The position numbers were made by a program, and so were the translations under genes. From contig NC_092671.1 of assembly GCF_964355755.1 (NCBI RefSeq), forward strand, positions 36,032,304-36,096,303: a stretch of 64,000 nucleotides of DNA, in the 5' to 3' direction. Each line of letters starts with the position of its first letter. Within the stretch, counting starts at the first letter, position 1. This document shows, piece by piece, positions 37,401-49,148 of the stretch. The notes beneath the pieces were generated by a model that saw only the letters and a list, made by a program, of their open reading frames with translations, made no database searches and had not been told where the DNA came from. The DNA comes from Antedon mediterranea. Lineage: Eukaryota; Animalia; Echinodermata.

Positions 37401-39986
37401 ATCTGCTTCTTCCTTTATTCACGCTCCAAAAGAAAATATAAAATGAAATACAGTACATGCTGCGATTTGCTTTGGAATGTTCCATTCATGTAAAGGACCT
37501 AGTTATGCTTGGTTCACACTTGGACGCAACGCACGGACGTAAGCGAAACGCAAGTAAATCCTGTTTTGCTGTCGACGTTATTCGACTCTATCGTCGTTGA
37601 TTGTTAACAGTTCAACGACGATCGTCTGAAAACGATTAATTTGAAATGATAACGATAGAGAGTACCTTTTTCTGTAAATCGTTAACTTTTCAGTGTTGAA
37701 AATCGCCGATTATTGTTAACGATAGCATCGAATAACGCCGACAGGAAAACAGGCTTTAGTGAATGTTCGAATTATCCATCGCTTGTGATTTGCCAAATCA
37801 CAAGCTTTGCGTTGCGTCTTTAGTGGGAACCAAGCATTAGGCCTATATTTTCTAATTATATTAGCGATGAAGTTGATGCTTTGAATTTAATTCTACATTA
37901 TTTTTAAAAAAATGATATTCAATTGTTATCCTTTTAGATTGCAAACCATGCGGATGTAAAACAATCAATATAGGTATCGGATGTCCACTGTGTCTCTGCA
38001 TCCCTAAGCCGCCACCAAGTAAGCTAACACCGTTTTGTTAATTTTAGTTGTCAAATTTATATGTTGCATAGTAGTAATACATATTGTAAGTAATACATAT
38101 TGTCCAAAGCGTCTAAAAATAAAGATGGGAGAAAACAGACTTTGAATTCCAAACTATAGTCTAATGTGTATTGAAAATATTCTTTTTTCCAAACCAATAA
38201 TTAGTAAAAACTAACCTTGACAGTTTCGCTGTCCTGATCGGACAGCTTCTTCAGAAATAATGACGATCTATCATCAAACAGACTGACCTCTAGAGGGCCT
38301 ATTCTGCTTAATGACAGGGTCATACACGTGACTGAGTTGGTGGGTGCCCTCGTCTCTGTTGATGATTTGGTTTCCTCGTCTGCGGATCCAGATGGCTTCT
38401 CTGATGCGTCGGTTGTTTGTATCTGATTCCCTGTCGATGATTTTCAATATACTTATACCTACCTACAAACCAGATGAACATTTTCAATATAGTCTAATGT
38501 ATTAACAAACATCATATCGTGTAAACTTACTTATTCAATTTAATTTAATTTAGGCCTAATTTAATTTATTTCCACAATATTATAACATGGATAATAAATA
38601 CAATGTAATACAAGTAATCATGTGAAGGGAGAGTCATAAGTCAGAAAGACTTTAAGTTTGACCCACCCCAAGATAACATTAAATACAAAAAAGAAAAAAA
38701 AATACATAAACTAATAATAAATAAAAGAAAACAAAGCTACAATTTCTATTCTTTTCTATTATGAAATATATATTTAACGTTTATCATATCTTGAAAGTAA
38801 AGCTTGGTTCCCACTAGAACGTAACGCAAGGACGTCAACGCAACGCAAACGTTTTAACCAATGACAAGCGAAGTTATAGACAGTTAGCAATAATCACAAG
38901 CGAATAAGCCATTGCTTGTGATTGGTCAATTCACTTGCGTTGCGTTACGTCCTTGCGTTGCGTCGCTAGTGGGAACCACGCTTTAATAGTTCTTGTATAC
39001 TAACTTAAATTGCGAAGTTGTAGATGCAGTTTTAATATCTACATGGATTGAAATACAAACATACATAATATGCAAAGCAAGTAATAGGCCTATACTTGGC
39101 AAAAGCAATGGAGAAAAACAAACATTTAGAATTTTTATATAAGTCTTTCTTACTTATTAATAGAATGTGATTTGTTCTGTCCAATTGGATGTAAAAAAAT
39201 TGGTGTATCTCGAGATGGATGCGCAAGATGTGATTGTAGTTTATCTCTCCCTGAACTTCCACCACCAAGAAGTAGGTTTCTTAGATTTTACAAAGTATTT
39301 TCTTTCTTATCTGTATATAATTGTAATAATAATATATAATAATATAATTGCATGAATATATACGTGTGCGACGTTTCGACTTGTTTCCAATGAGTCTTCA
39401 TCTGGCAATGACAAGATGTTAGTGTTGATATAAAGAGAATCTCACTCTTGATAAATTCAAAGCATATTGATCGAAACGTCGAGAAACTTTTCAGAACTAA
39501 TATACGGGGTGTACCGCAAACTTTATATCACATTAAGATTTCGCCATGCAAACCTTCAAACAATATATAGATGTTGGTGTTACCAACCGTACATAATTCA
39601 ATATCTAACGAAATTTTGATTATCTATTTCTATATAACAGTTTTTTTGTCTTATGTAGGTCCGATCCACTTTTATTTCCTCATCAGTAAAAATGTTACAA
39701 TTACATTGCACTTGATATTAACAGTTTTTATCAATAAAGATAAAGGATGAAAAATATAAATTATTTGTTTAACTTTGATGATAAATGTATCATTTTATTA
39801 AGCCTATAATAATTTATAAAAATACGATTTTTTTTTATAGTAGCATGTCCTAAATGCTTTTGTCTACCAGACGGTCCTCCTTTCAATGATGAGAATGGGT
39901 GTATTATTTGTAGCGCCTGCCCTGGACCTCAACTACCACCACCACCGCCACCACCATCACAAAGAAAAAAGAGAGAACTGAATTAG
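28438..39986 (+). CDS. Gene A: secreted cysteine/proline-rich modular protein, 17 six-Cys modules (antistasin-related), ~616 aa if all exons are used
   Basis: Signal exon 28438-28498 (MKSEFSILLVLTALSIYIAS). Phase-1 exons: 28663-28782, 29594-29695, 30472-30570, 30744-30845, 31202-31291, 31506-31616, 33027-33128, 33327-33428, 33967-34074, 34741-34842, 34986-35087, 35886-35975, 36160-36282, 36893-36994, 37938-38018, 39164-39271. Terminal exon 39841-39986 (...PPPPPPPSQRKKRELN*). All are AG/GT-bounded, stop-free and in frame. Confidence 0.8.
28849..29175. mobile_element. Kolobok-like MITE in gene A intron 2
   Basis: TTAA-AGATGTATTGTCCCCC ... GGGGGACAATACATCT-TTAA. Confidence 0.8.
32101..32562. 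repeat. Perfect 42-bp tandem repeat x11
   Basis: (AGCTTCCATTAGAGCGGTTTACTACATAAAGTTTGTAGGCAA)x11 with identical units and no spacers, preceded by a poly-T run. Confidence 0.97.
35248..35735 (+). mobile_element. 5'-truncated non-LTR retrotransposon 3' fragment
   Basis: Degenerate ORF2 C-terminus (RACNIICP..SYD..LSERRE..PKVRTQR), AATAAA plus (TAAA)n tail, ATCAA duplicated at both ends. Absent from the paralogous intron copies at ~30985 and ~33580. Confidence 0.7.
37507..37836. mobile_element. Harbinger-like MITE with a second inverted-repeat element nested inside (~37556-37758); relatives at 38800-38985 and 40309-40521
   Basis: TIR GCTTGGTTC(A/C)CACT ... AGTGGGAACCAAGC; inner CCTGTTTTGCTGTCG ... 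CGACAGGAAAACAGG. Confidence 0.75.
38215..38445 (-). mobile_element. Penelope-like retroelement 3' fragment
   Basis: Minus strand reads KIIDRESDTNNRRIREAIWIRRRGNQIINRDEGTHQLSHVYD (GIY-YIG C-terminal E-A-I-x-I...NRDEG motif), followed by a hammerhead motif. Confidence 0.8.
38216..38258 (-). ncRNA. Penelope-associated hammerhead ribozyme
   Basis: CTGAAGA-A-GCTGTCC(GATCA)GGACAGC-GAAAC-TGTC: intact core boxes and a perfect 7-bp stem II. Confidence 0.7.
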
Positions 39987-41020
39987 ACGAAGAGGATTTC
40001 ATAACATTCACTCACAGATCACTGAATATCGGCTACAGTAACAAATTAGGGTGTTTTTTGTATGCACAAATAAATATCTTTTGTTTTACTTCAGCTCGCT
40101 GGATACCACCGCACTGAATAGTTTAACATTCCTATGAATCGTAATATTATAAGAAATTGTTCTTTTATTTTCATTCTTTATATTTAAAAACTTTCTTTAT
40201 CATAATAACATTTTCAACATATTAAAATTGTGGGTTGCTGGGGTATATCTTAGTATACACGGGAGTTTAGGCGTTAAAAGTTCACGTAGTGAGTTACCGT
40301 TAGCGTTTAAGCGTGGTTCCCACTAGAACAACGCAACGCAGCGACGTATTGACGCAAAGTGATGTATTTCGTAATCACATGTGGAAACCGACGACGCAAC
40401 AGTGATGCAAAACTCGCAGGTTTGATTTCACGCAGACGGAGGCAAACGCAATTATTAAAAGGGCATTTTCTTACGTAGCGTAGGTTGTGTTAGGTTGCGT
40501 CGGTAGTGGGAACCAAGCTTTAGGAGGCCTCAGTGTACGCTAACATTAGGCGTTAAATGTTGAAGTACTGCGTTTACCGTTTAGGAGGTATTTGTGTACG
40601 CAGAAGCTCAGGTAGATATTGATATTGTTTATGCTCCATTGTAATAAACATGATTAGCTAATGTATTTTTTTTAGTACTTACACACCGTAATAAATAAAA
40701 GAATTAGATATAAAAGATATAAAACATTTTTTTTTTTTCAAACTTTACGGTCATCCGGGTTATCAAGGTATATCCAGAAACACAGGCACAGAACATTAAT
40801 TATAAACTGTTCGATGACATTTAATTAAATAATTTAAAGCGATAAAGATGAGGGAATCTGTGAGAATGAGAGGAAAAAAAACTCGTCCAAACCGAGATTC
40901 GCACCTGGAACTTTCTGCTTGATATGCAAATGTTCTAAAAACTACACCACTTGGGCTTCATGGTATTGTTCAAATTCGATTGGATATCGACTCTTTAACA
41001 CACTCGGCGTAAAAATTACT

Positions 41021-41160
41021 CAATCCCTCCCAAGATCACTGATTAGGATTACGTAAAAAGGCGTATGTATCCGGAGCAGCACGCCTCAAATTGGAATTAA
41101 CTAGGATTTACAGATTAGAAAACTAAAGCCTATATAAAATCATTTTACAAAATAATAATG
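41021..41160 (+). promoter_or_regulatory. Conserved proximal promoter of gene B (paralogous blocks 49000-49130, 51740-51885; diverged 28330-28420)
   Basis: TTACGTAA (41049), CGCCTCAAATTGGAATTAACTAGGATTTACAGATTAG, and TATATAAAA (41131) about 50 bp upstream of the ATG; same order in paralogs B, C and D. Confidence 0.7.
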
Positions 41161-41180
41161 ATAAGACTTAAAAAATGTCC

Positions 41181-44100
41181 ATGATGAAGTCGGTGGTCTT
41201 TGCTCTCCTGCTCACAGCGATCTGTGTTCATGCTTTTCCCGGTAAGTTTCTTTTTTTTTTATAATGGAGGAATTGGAATGTGAACTTTACTAACATTTTA
41301 AACTGATGTACATTATTTAAATTCATATCTTGTGTTAGAAAATTATGTTAATTTTTAGGCCTAGTAGTTGAAGTGGATATTTTGCCAGTCTGTAGGCCTA
41401 ATGATAAGAAAATGCAATACTCAAATTCCATTATAAATAAAGTTAATTTTAAGAATAAAGATAAAGGTCTATATGGAGTATATTTTACGTTTGTAGTAAA
41501 TTATATATTGTTTGTTTTTTATAATTTGTTAGTTAGTTTCACAATAAATAAGATATGCCAACACTTTCATCTATTAACATACCCTCCTGTTGTTTCAGGT
41601 CCGGGCATAATTTTGTTCTAATAATAATTATTAATGTATAGGCTGCCCTCCGATCTGCCCGTTTGGTTGTTCAAACATTGGTCTTGATTCTTTCGGATGT
41701 CCAATATGTGAGTGTTTTCCTCAACAACCTGGACCACCACCTGGACCACCACCACCTGGACCACCACCACCTGGACCACCACCACCTGGACCACCACCAC
41801 CTGGACCACCACCACCTGGACCACCACCACCTGGACCACCCGGTGGTAAGTTACTCATAATTATTAATGTCTATCTTTTTAGCTGTTTTCACACATTATA
41901 CTAATTTGAAAAAAAATAGGCCTTACAGTACTATAGTTAAGATAAAGAAAATTAGTAATCAAAATAATTCAACAACAAGGATGAAGTAGGCCTAACACTC
42001 CTTGCAGTTGGCCTTAACGGCCGATCCCGAAGTCTTTCCTAGCCGGATTTGTCAGGATGATAATATGGGCGATGGCCAGTCGTCTTCCAGCCCGTTTCCG
42101 ATTGTGTTCCATATTTTTAAAGTTTGAATTTGAATAACGACACAACAACACAACATGAAAATTACAAGTAGCCTTACTCCTTAGGTCCATCATTATCATT
42201 CACTAGAGGGTGAGCTCGCTTCGCTCGCTTCCCCCCTAGACAATGGTTCTCGGAATGATAATGACTCGGGTAAAAAGGTTTTAGAAGGACGTTCTTCTTG
42301 TACGTTTTTTGTCGGTTACCATTATTGAAAATGCTTGATATTCGTAAAACTAAACCTACTCTGTTTCACAGTGTCTTAGATAACTAAGAACATTTTAAAG
42401 TATAGTGTTTATTGTTTGGTAGGGCCCTTATAGGGGAGGGGAGGAGGAGTTCGTTTGATGAAGGCGCTTATTCGAGAGATATGTTTAATTTGTTAGTTTT
42501 AATAATATGGTAGCATTTATAATCAAATGAAATCTTCTAATAGATATGAAAAGTGGTAAAAAAGAATCACAATAACTTGGTAAATTGTAGATAACAGTGC
42601 GATGAATTCTACTACAAATAGTATAATTGTGTTATTATAAATAATACAATACTGTGTGTATTATAAATGTGGATGAGTTAGATAGTTGGGTTGGGAGGAG
42701 GGGGGGGGGGGATTATTAATCAAAGTGATGATTTATTGAAGAGGCCTTTATTCAAATAAATAACATCCTAATAATTAATACATTATTTCATTTAAACATC
42801 TTTTGAAACTAACTTTCGCGACGGAGTGGGCCGTTTCGGCCCAAGAAAGAAGACATTTTAGACGGCTTGCAACATGGGCAGACATCCCGGTCCAAAAGGG
42901 ACACAGAACAGATAGCCTAAAGTTATTCCTGTCAGCTTACTCAATAAAACTCGGCTATCGGGATTCCACTCGATTTTAAACAAAATATCTTATCATCAAA
43001 TCTCCCAATGTAATTTCATAATAATATTGCCCACAATATATTCCGATGCTTCATGGCGTAGGCCTATATCTAATTGCATCTTTATTAATTTGCATTATAA
43101 TTTTTATTTTTTAACTACTGTACCTTCACACACGCGCTGTCCGTTCCTAAAATAACAAAAAACTAAAATGGCTATAGCCACTAAGGGCCAACTTAGTTGA
43201 AACCAGGTTGTTGCAATGTGATCTCATCTTGAACCCGGAAATTACTTTGACCGCGTAGAATTAAAATTGAGTTGAAAATCTACCGTTGAAATCATACATT
43301 TTGTTTAAAGAGCAGTACATCTGAGATAGATCAGGTAGGTATTCAAGGCAGAGATTTTTACCGAAGTGTTTCCATTGTGCTCGCCTATGTCAGAATTAAC
43401 CATAATTTATATATAGATGAAACTAATGAGTCTGGGCATATTACCCGTACTAGTACAATAATAATTATATCCTGAACACTAAAGTAGATCACAAAAATCT
43501 AATAAAGGGCATTGTTTCCCAAAGTTTGCACGGCTGTTGCGTTTCGTCTTTGCGGAGGTTATGTTATTAAAAGGGAATCACACATTTTCCGGGCAATGAT
43601 GATGAACTTAGTTTTGGGCGCAATTGATTAACAAATATTCAACGGAACGATTTCACATTTCTAGTCTGTCCTCCTCCAGACTGTCCACCTGATTGTTTTT
43701 ATAGTGGTTTTGATGGTAATGGATGTCTCAATTGCGAGTGTCCCCTTCCTCATCCTGAACCCCCACCACCTGGCGATGGTACGTTTTTTTTAAAAGGAAA
43801 TATGATAATATTTGAATAAATTAGATGTCAATTATTGGAAAATAACAAATTCTGGACGTGTATACCTATAGCTTTCAGTCGAGAGGTTGACTTAAATCTG
43901 TTCAGGGTGAATTTGATTGAATAAATAGTTTGTTTGATTGATTGATGGATGCTTGAGGGAAAAAAAGTCTAAATAATTATATTCATTATTTTCGAGTAAC
44001 TAGGCCTATAAGTTGTTATAAATATGCACTATATGGTTATGGCTAATTACCACGTTGGGATTAAGAAAAGATAGTGTTTCCTTTTGAATTACTCTATTCT

Positions 44101-45154
44101 ATATCTTTTATTTAAAAAATGTTCGTATGCCTAGGTTAATACTTTGAATTGACTTGCATTTATATTCTTTAGGCTGTGGAGCTTGCTCCTTCTCGTGTAC
44201 ATCAATCACTACACCAGATGGGATATGTCAATGCCTCTGCTACGAACCTCCAAGTAAGCAAACACCGTTCTCAGCTTCTTGTCTGATTTCCTTTAAAATG
44301 TAACACGTTCAGGGAGCCTTGATTCGTTCAGGTGTCCGACGAAAACTCACATACATAATACATTTTGTACAGAATTCGGAATTATTAAACACTGCACCCA
44401 TTTCCCATGGTGTTGTTATCCGGTCTAATGGATCGGAATCCATAATGTAATAATAATAATAATTGGACTGGAAGATTATTCATCAGCATTTGTTTACATA
44501 GAATGAAGTCTGTTCTGCCCGTTCGATCGTCCGTTCGCTCGTCCGTTCGCTTTGCTTACCTCACTTACTTGCTTGCTTACACATTGTGTTATTATGGCAT
44601 ATTTTACAGGATGTCCGCTATGCCCATGTCTAACCGACGGCCCTCCACAGTACTCTGAAGATGGATGTCTTATTTGCAACTGTCTTGAGATCTTTCGAAA
44701 GAAGAGAGCACTCAAAGCTCGTTGGCCTCGTAGACGTAAGATGATTTCAGATACATTTACATATTATAGTTTATTATTATTAGTTTCAAATGAAAGCATA
44801 ATCGGTTTATATTCGATTGTAATTGAAGTGAAATAAAATATGTAATAAGTAACAAATGGTTGGGTAAAAAGATGCATGAGAAAATATTTAAATCACTGGA
44901 ATGATAAATGTATTGGAATTAATAATTGATTTATAGTCTGTGAAGAATAAGAAACAACTCAACCGAGATTCGAACCCGGAATCTTCTTCTTGATACAGTA
45001 CAGTAACAGGCCATTGGAGCATTTATGGATCGACTCTTGTCGTGGCATGTTACACGTTAAAACCAGACAATCATGAAATGTGTGGTAAAGATGTGTGGTT
45101 ATGATCTGTTTTTTTCTTTATATTTTAGCCCTGGCTGGAAAAAAGGCGCACTGA
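41181..45154 (+). CDS. Gene B: secreted 4-module Cys/Pro-rich protein with (GPPPP)6 tract and C-terminal processed peptide, ~203 aa
   Basis: Exons 41181-41241 (MMKSVVFALLLTAICVHAFP), 41642-41845 (GCPPICPFGCSNIGLDSFGCPICEC...GPPPP repeats), 43665-43778, 44173-44253, 44610-44735 (...CNCLEIFRKKRALKARWPRR), 45129-45154 (PLAGKKAH*). All introns are phase 1. Confidence 0.85.
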
Positions 45155-46250
45155 ATTAAGATGCGAACCATCAACTTTGGAATTCGGTGATCAATGATGC
45201 GTCACATTCATGAAAATACTTTTCTTCAAGTTGTTTATATCATTTAATTATCTCTTTTTTTTCTTCATCATCATTATACCAGTTTCTAAAATATAGGGAT
45301 GTTATTTAAGTTCAGGTTATGTCTTAGTACGGGTCTTTTTGTGGTATGTGGTCTTATAATACTTTCACATGTTTCTTTATGATCACCACATAAACTGGCA
45401 ATTAATCTCAATAACGACAATAAGCACTGTATATTTTCGGCACAACTTGAATAAAAAATGAAATTGTAATAAAAAATTAAGAAAACTTACAAAACAATAT
45501 CGTTTCTTTATTTGTATTACAACATATTAATTAATTATTATCATTATTAATATTACATCAATTATTATTATTAATATTACATCAATTACTATTGTTATTA
45601 ATATTACATCAATTATTATTGTTATTATTATTACATCAATTGTTATTGTTATCAATATTACATCAATTATTATTGTTATCAATATTACATCAATTATTAT
45701 TGTTATTAATATTACATTTCGGCACAACTTGAATAAAAAATGAAATTGTAATAAAAAATTAAGAAAACTTACAAAACAATATCGTTTCTTTATTTGTATT
45801 ACAACATATTAATTAATTATTATCATTATTAATATTACATCAATTATTATTATTAATATTACATCAATTACTATTGTTATTAATATTACATCAATTATTA
45901 TTGTTATTATTATTACATCAATTGTTATTGTTATCAATATTACATCAATTATTATTGTTATCAATATTACATCAATTATTATTGTTATTAATATTACATC
46001 AATTATTATTGTTATCAATATTACATCAATTATTATTGTTATTATTATTACATCAATTATTATTGTTATCAATATTACATCAATTATTATTGTTATCAAT
46101 ATTACATCAATTATTATTGTTATTAATATTACATCAATTATCATTGTTATTATTATTACATCAATTATTATTGTTATCAATATTACATCAATTATTATTA
46201 TCAATATTTTCTCAATATTCAATTTATCAATATTTTTCTGGTTTTCTTAT

Positions 46251-47399
46251 TTTGATAATCAGGATTGTTTTGATTGTATCTACCTTGACTACAAGAAGGC
46301 TTTCGATAGTGTGCCTCATCATAGACTCCTTCTGAAAATGAGTGCATTGGGTATTAGAGGTAAACTTCTAAACTGGTTTCAAGAATTTCTTAACGATAGA
46401 CAACAACGGGTTAGTGTCAATGGATGTGTTTCAGATTGGGCTGATGTTCGTAGTGGTATCCCGCAAGGAAGCGTCGTTGGACCTGTTCTTTTCATTATGT
46501 TTATAAATGATTTACCTTCTGTTATTTCCTCCTCTGTATGCATGTTTGCAGATGATACTAAATTGTATAGAGTAGTTAACACTGTGAATGATGCTCAAGT
46601 TCTACAAGAAGATTTAGAGAAAGCATGTGACTGGTCTGACAAATGGCAATTACCTTTTAACGAGGGTAAGTGCAAAGTAATGCACTTTGGGAAGAAAAAC
46701 AACAAACATCTGTATGCCATGCGTGGTTTCTTATTGAATGAAGTTGATCATGAAAAAGACCTCGGTGTTACTATTGACTCTAAACTTGTTTTTAATGTAC
46801 ATGTGGCAGATGTAGCAATGAGAGCAAATCGGAAGTTGGGCATGGTATATCGAGCTTTCAAGTTTTTAAATATGGATGGGTTTCTTCGTTTATATAAAGC
46901 TATTATTCGTCCGACCTTGGAATACTGCAACGTTGTTTTTAACTCGCTACATTGTAAGGAGGAAGACCTATTGGAAAAAGTCCAAGAACGTGCCACCAAG
47001 CTTATTTTTTCCATTCGTCATTTACCTTATTCAGAAAGGCTGAAAATTCTCAACCTACCTACTCTCGCATACAGAAGGCAAAGAGCTCATTTGATACAGA
47101 TTTTTAAAATTTTACATGGAGTGGATAGTATTTCTGCTGATTCTTTTTTTGAGCGTGATGAAGATGTTAGAACACGTGGTCATTCTTTTAAATTAAAATT
47201 TAAGTTCTCACACACAAATTGGATGAGGGACTCATTTGGTCGAAAAGCTATTATATTATGGAATTCGTTATCGGAGGATGTAGTAGCTTCAAGATCAACC
47301 AATCAATTTAAGTCCGGTCTTGAACGGGCATGGTCCAACCACCCTCTTAAATTTGCGCCATATTCAAGAGTTGATGTAATTATCAAGAGGGGCTTATAG
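46251..47399 (+). CDS. LINE ORF2 reverse transcriptase, C-terminal part (N-truncated)
   Basis: YLDYKKAFDSVPH, GIPQGSVVGP, MFADDTKLY, EKDLGV, LYKAIIRPTLEY, RTRGHSFKL; open frame with no stops. Confidence 0.93.
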   Translation, partial: FDNQDCFDCIYLDYKKAFDSVPHHRLLLKMSALGIRGKLLNWFQEFLNDRQQRVSVNGCVSDWADVRSGIPQGSVVGPVLFIMFINDLPSVISSSVCMFADDTKLYRVVNTVNDAQVLQEDLEKACDWSDKWQLPFNEGKCKVMHFGKKNNKHLYAMRGFLLNEVDHEKDLGVTIDSKLVFNVHVADVAMRANRKLGMVYRAFKFLNMDGFLRLYKAIIRPTLEYCNVVFNSLHCKEEDLLEKVQERATKLIFSIRHLPYSERLKILNLPTLAYRRQRAHLIQIFKILHGVDSISADSFFERDEDVRTRGHSFKLKFKFSHTNWMRDSFGRKAIILWNSLSEDVVASRSTNQFKSGLERAWSNHPLKFAPYSRVDVIIKRGL

Positions 47400-47478
47400 G
47401 CATAGCCTAGCCTCGACTCCGGACCCAGCATTGCTGAGCTCCGGAAACAAGTAAACAAGTAAACAAGTAAACAAGTAA
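46251..47478 (+). mobile_element. 5'-truncated CR1-group LINE
   Basis: RT ORF to 47399, short 3'UTR with stem-loop TCCGGA-CCCAGC-ATT-GCTGAG-C-TCCGGA, tail (AAACAAGT)x4. Confidence 0.92.
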
Positions 47479-49148
47479 ATATTACATTTTAATAAAAAAA
47501 AAAAATAAAAAAAAAAACAAAAAAAAAACCATCAATTATTATTGTTATTAATATTACATCAATTATCATTGTTATTATTATTACATAAATTATTATTGTT
47601 ATTATTATTACATCAATTATTATTTTTATTAATATTACATTTCGGCACAACTTGAATAAAAAATGAAATTGTAATAAAAAATTAAGAAAACTTACAAAAC
47701 AATATCGTTTCTTTATTTGTATTACAACATATTAATTAATTATTATCATTATTAATATTACATCAATTATTATTATTAATATTACATCAATTACTATTGT
47801 TATTAATATTACATCAATTATTATTGTTATTATTATTACATCAATTGTTATTGTTATCAATATTACATCAATTATTATTGTTATCAATATTACATCAATT
47901 ATTATTGTTATTAATATTACATCAATTATTATTGTTATCAATATTACATCAATTATCATTGTTATTATTATTACATCAATTATTATTGTTATCAATATTA
48001 CATCAATTATTATTGTTATCAATATTACATCAATTATTATTGTTATTAATATTACATCAATTATCATTGTTATTATTATTACATCAATTATTATTGATAT
48101 CAATATTACATCAATTATTATTGTTATCAATATTACATCAATTATTATTGTTATTAATATTACCTCAATTATCATTGTTATTATTATTACATAAATTATT
48201 ATTGTTATTAATATTACATCAATTATTATTGTTATTAATATTACATCAATTATTGTTGTTATTATTATTACATCAATTATTATTGTTATCAATATTACAT
48301 CAATTATTATTGTTATCAATATTACATCAATTGTTATTGTTATCAATATTACATCAATTATTATTGTTATCACTATTACATCAATTATTATTGTTATTAA
48401 TATTACATCAATTATTATTGTTATTATTAGTGTTATTATTATTACATCAATTATTATTGTTATTAATATTACATCAATTATTATTGTTATTATTATTACA
48501 TCAATTATTATTTTTATCAATATTACATCAATTATTATTGTTATCAATATTACATCAATTATTATTGTATTAAAATTACATCAATTATCATTGTTATTAA
48601 TATTACATCAATTATTATTGTTATTACTATTATTTACATATTTAACATATATCAGCTTTAAATATCTTACGAATAATTACCCCATTGCAACAATTTTAAG
48701 CAAAAATAAAATAACATCATCCTCTAGACTGATCATAAAGAAGGAAGTCCTAAATACTAAAGTGCACCAATTTCTGTAGACTTCTTGAACTAAGTGTCTA
48801 TAACTTGTCTTTTGTATGTTGTTGTATGTGGTTCAGATCAAAATGATATTTCAAAAAGAAAATATAAATGAAATATATTTAACAAGCTCCTTTCATGTAT
48901 TGAACCAAGCTACCTATGTTTTACCCCATAATCAAAATTAACGATCATCCCTGTATCGAGGTATATCCATATAAAGGAAATATTAAAATTGCTTTTAATC
49001 CCTTTAAGATCCTGATTAGGATTATGTAAAACGACGTATATATCCGGAGCAGCACGCCATTTGGAAGTAACTTGGATTTACAGATTAGAAAACTAAAGCC
49101 TATATAAAATCATCTTACAACATAATAATGATAACACTTCAAAGGTCC

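Larger units (their letters stand above)
45527..48640. repeat. AT-rich 27-bp minisatellite arrays interleaved with three copies of a ~100-bp block and split by a LINE
   Basis: Unit ATTACATCAATTATTATTGTTATCAAT and variants; block TTCGGCACAACTTGAATAAAAAATG... at ~45436, ~45718 and 47641. Confidence 0.92.

Noticed and set aside
41728-41845. Collagen or true minicollagen call for gene B
   Set aside because: Gly occurs every fifth residue, not every third, and the Cys pattern lacks the terminal CC of minicollagen CRDs.
41618-41860. His-rich (LDHHH)n and Val-rich (VQVVV)n ORFs
   Set aside because: Wrong frames of the (GPPPP)n exon; splice phase and Cys pattern fix the Pro frame.
46207-46250. Possible 5' inversion (twin priming) of the LINE
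   Set aside because: The reverse strand reads KNIDKLNIEK, which is suggestive but too short and AT-rich to support.
45527-48779. Ile-rich and Leu-rich ORFs (ITIIIDVIL / LLLSILHQL repeats)
   Set aside because: Translations of the stop-free 27-bp minisatellite; no splice or promoter support.
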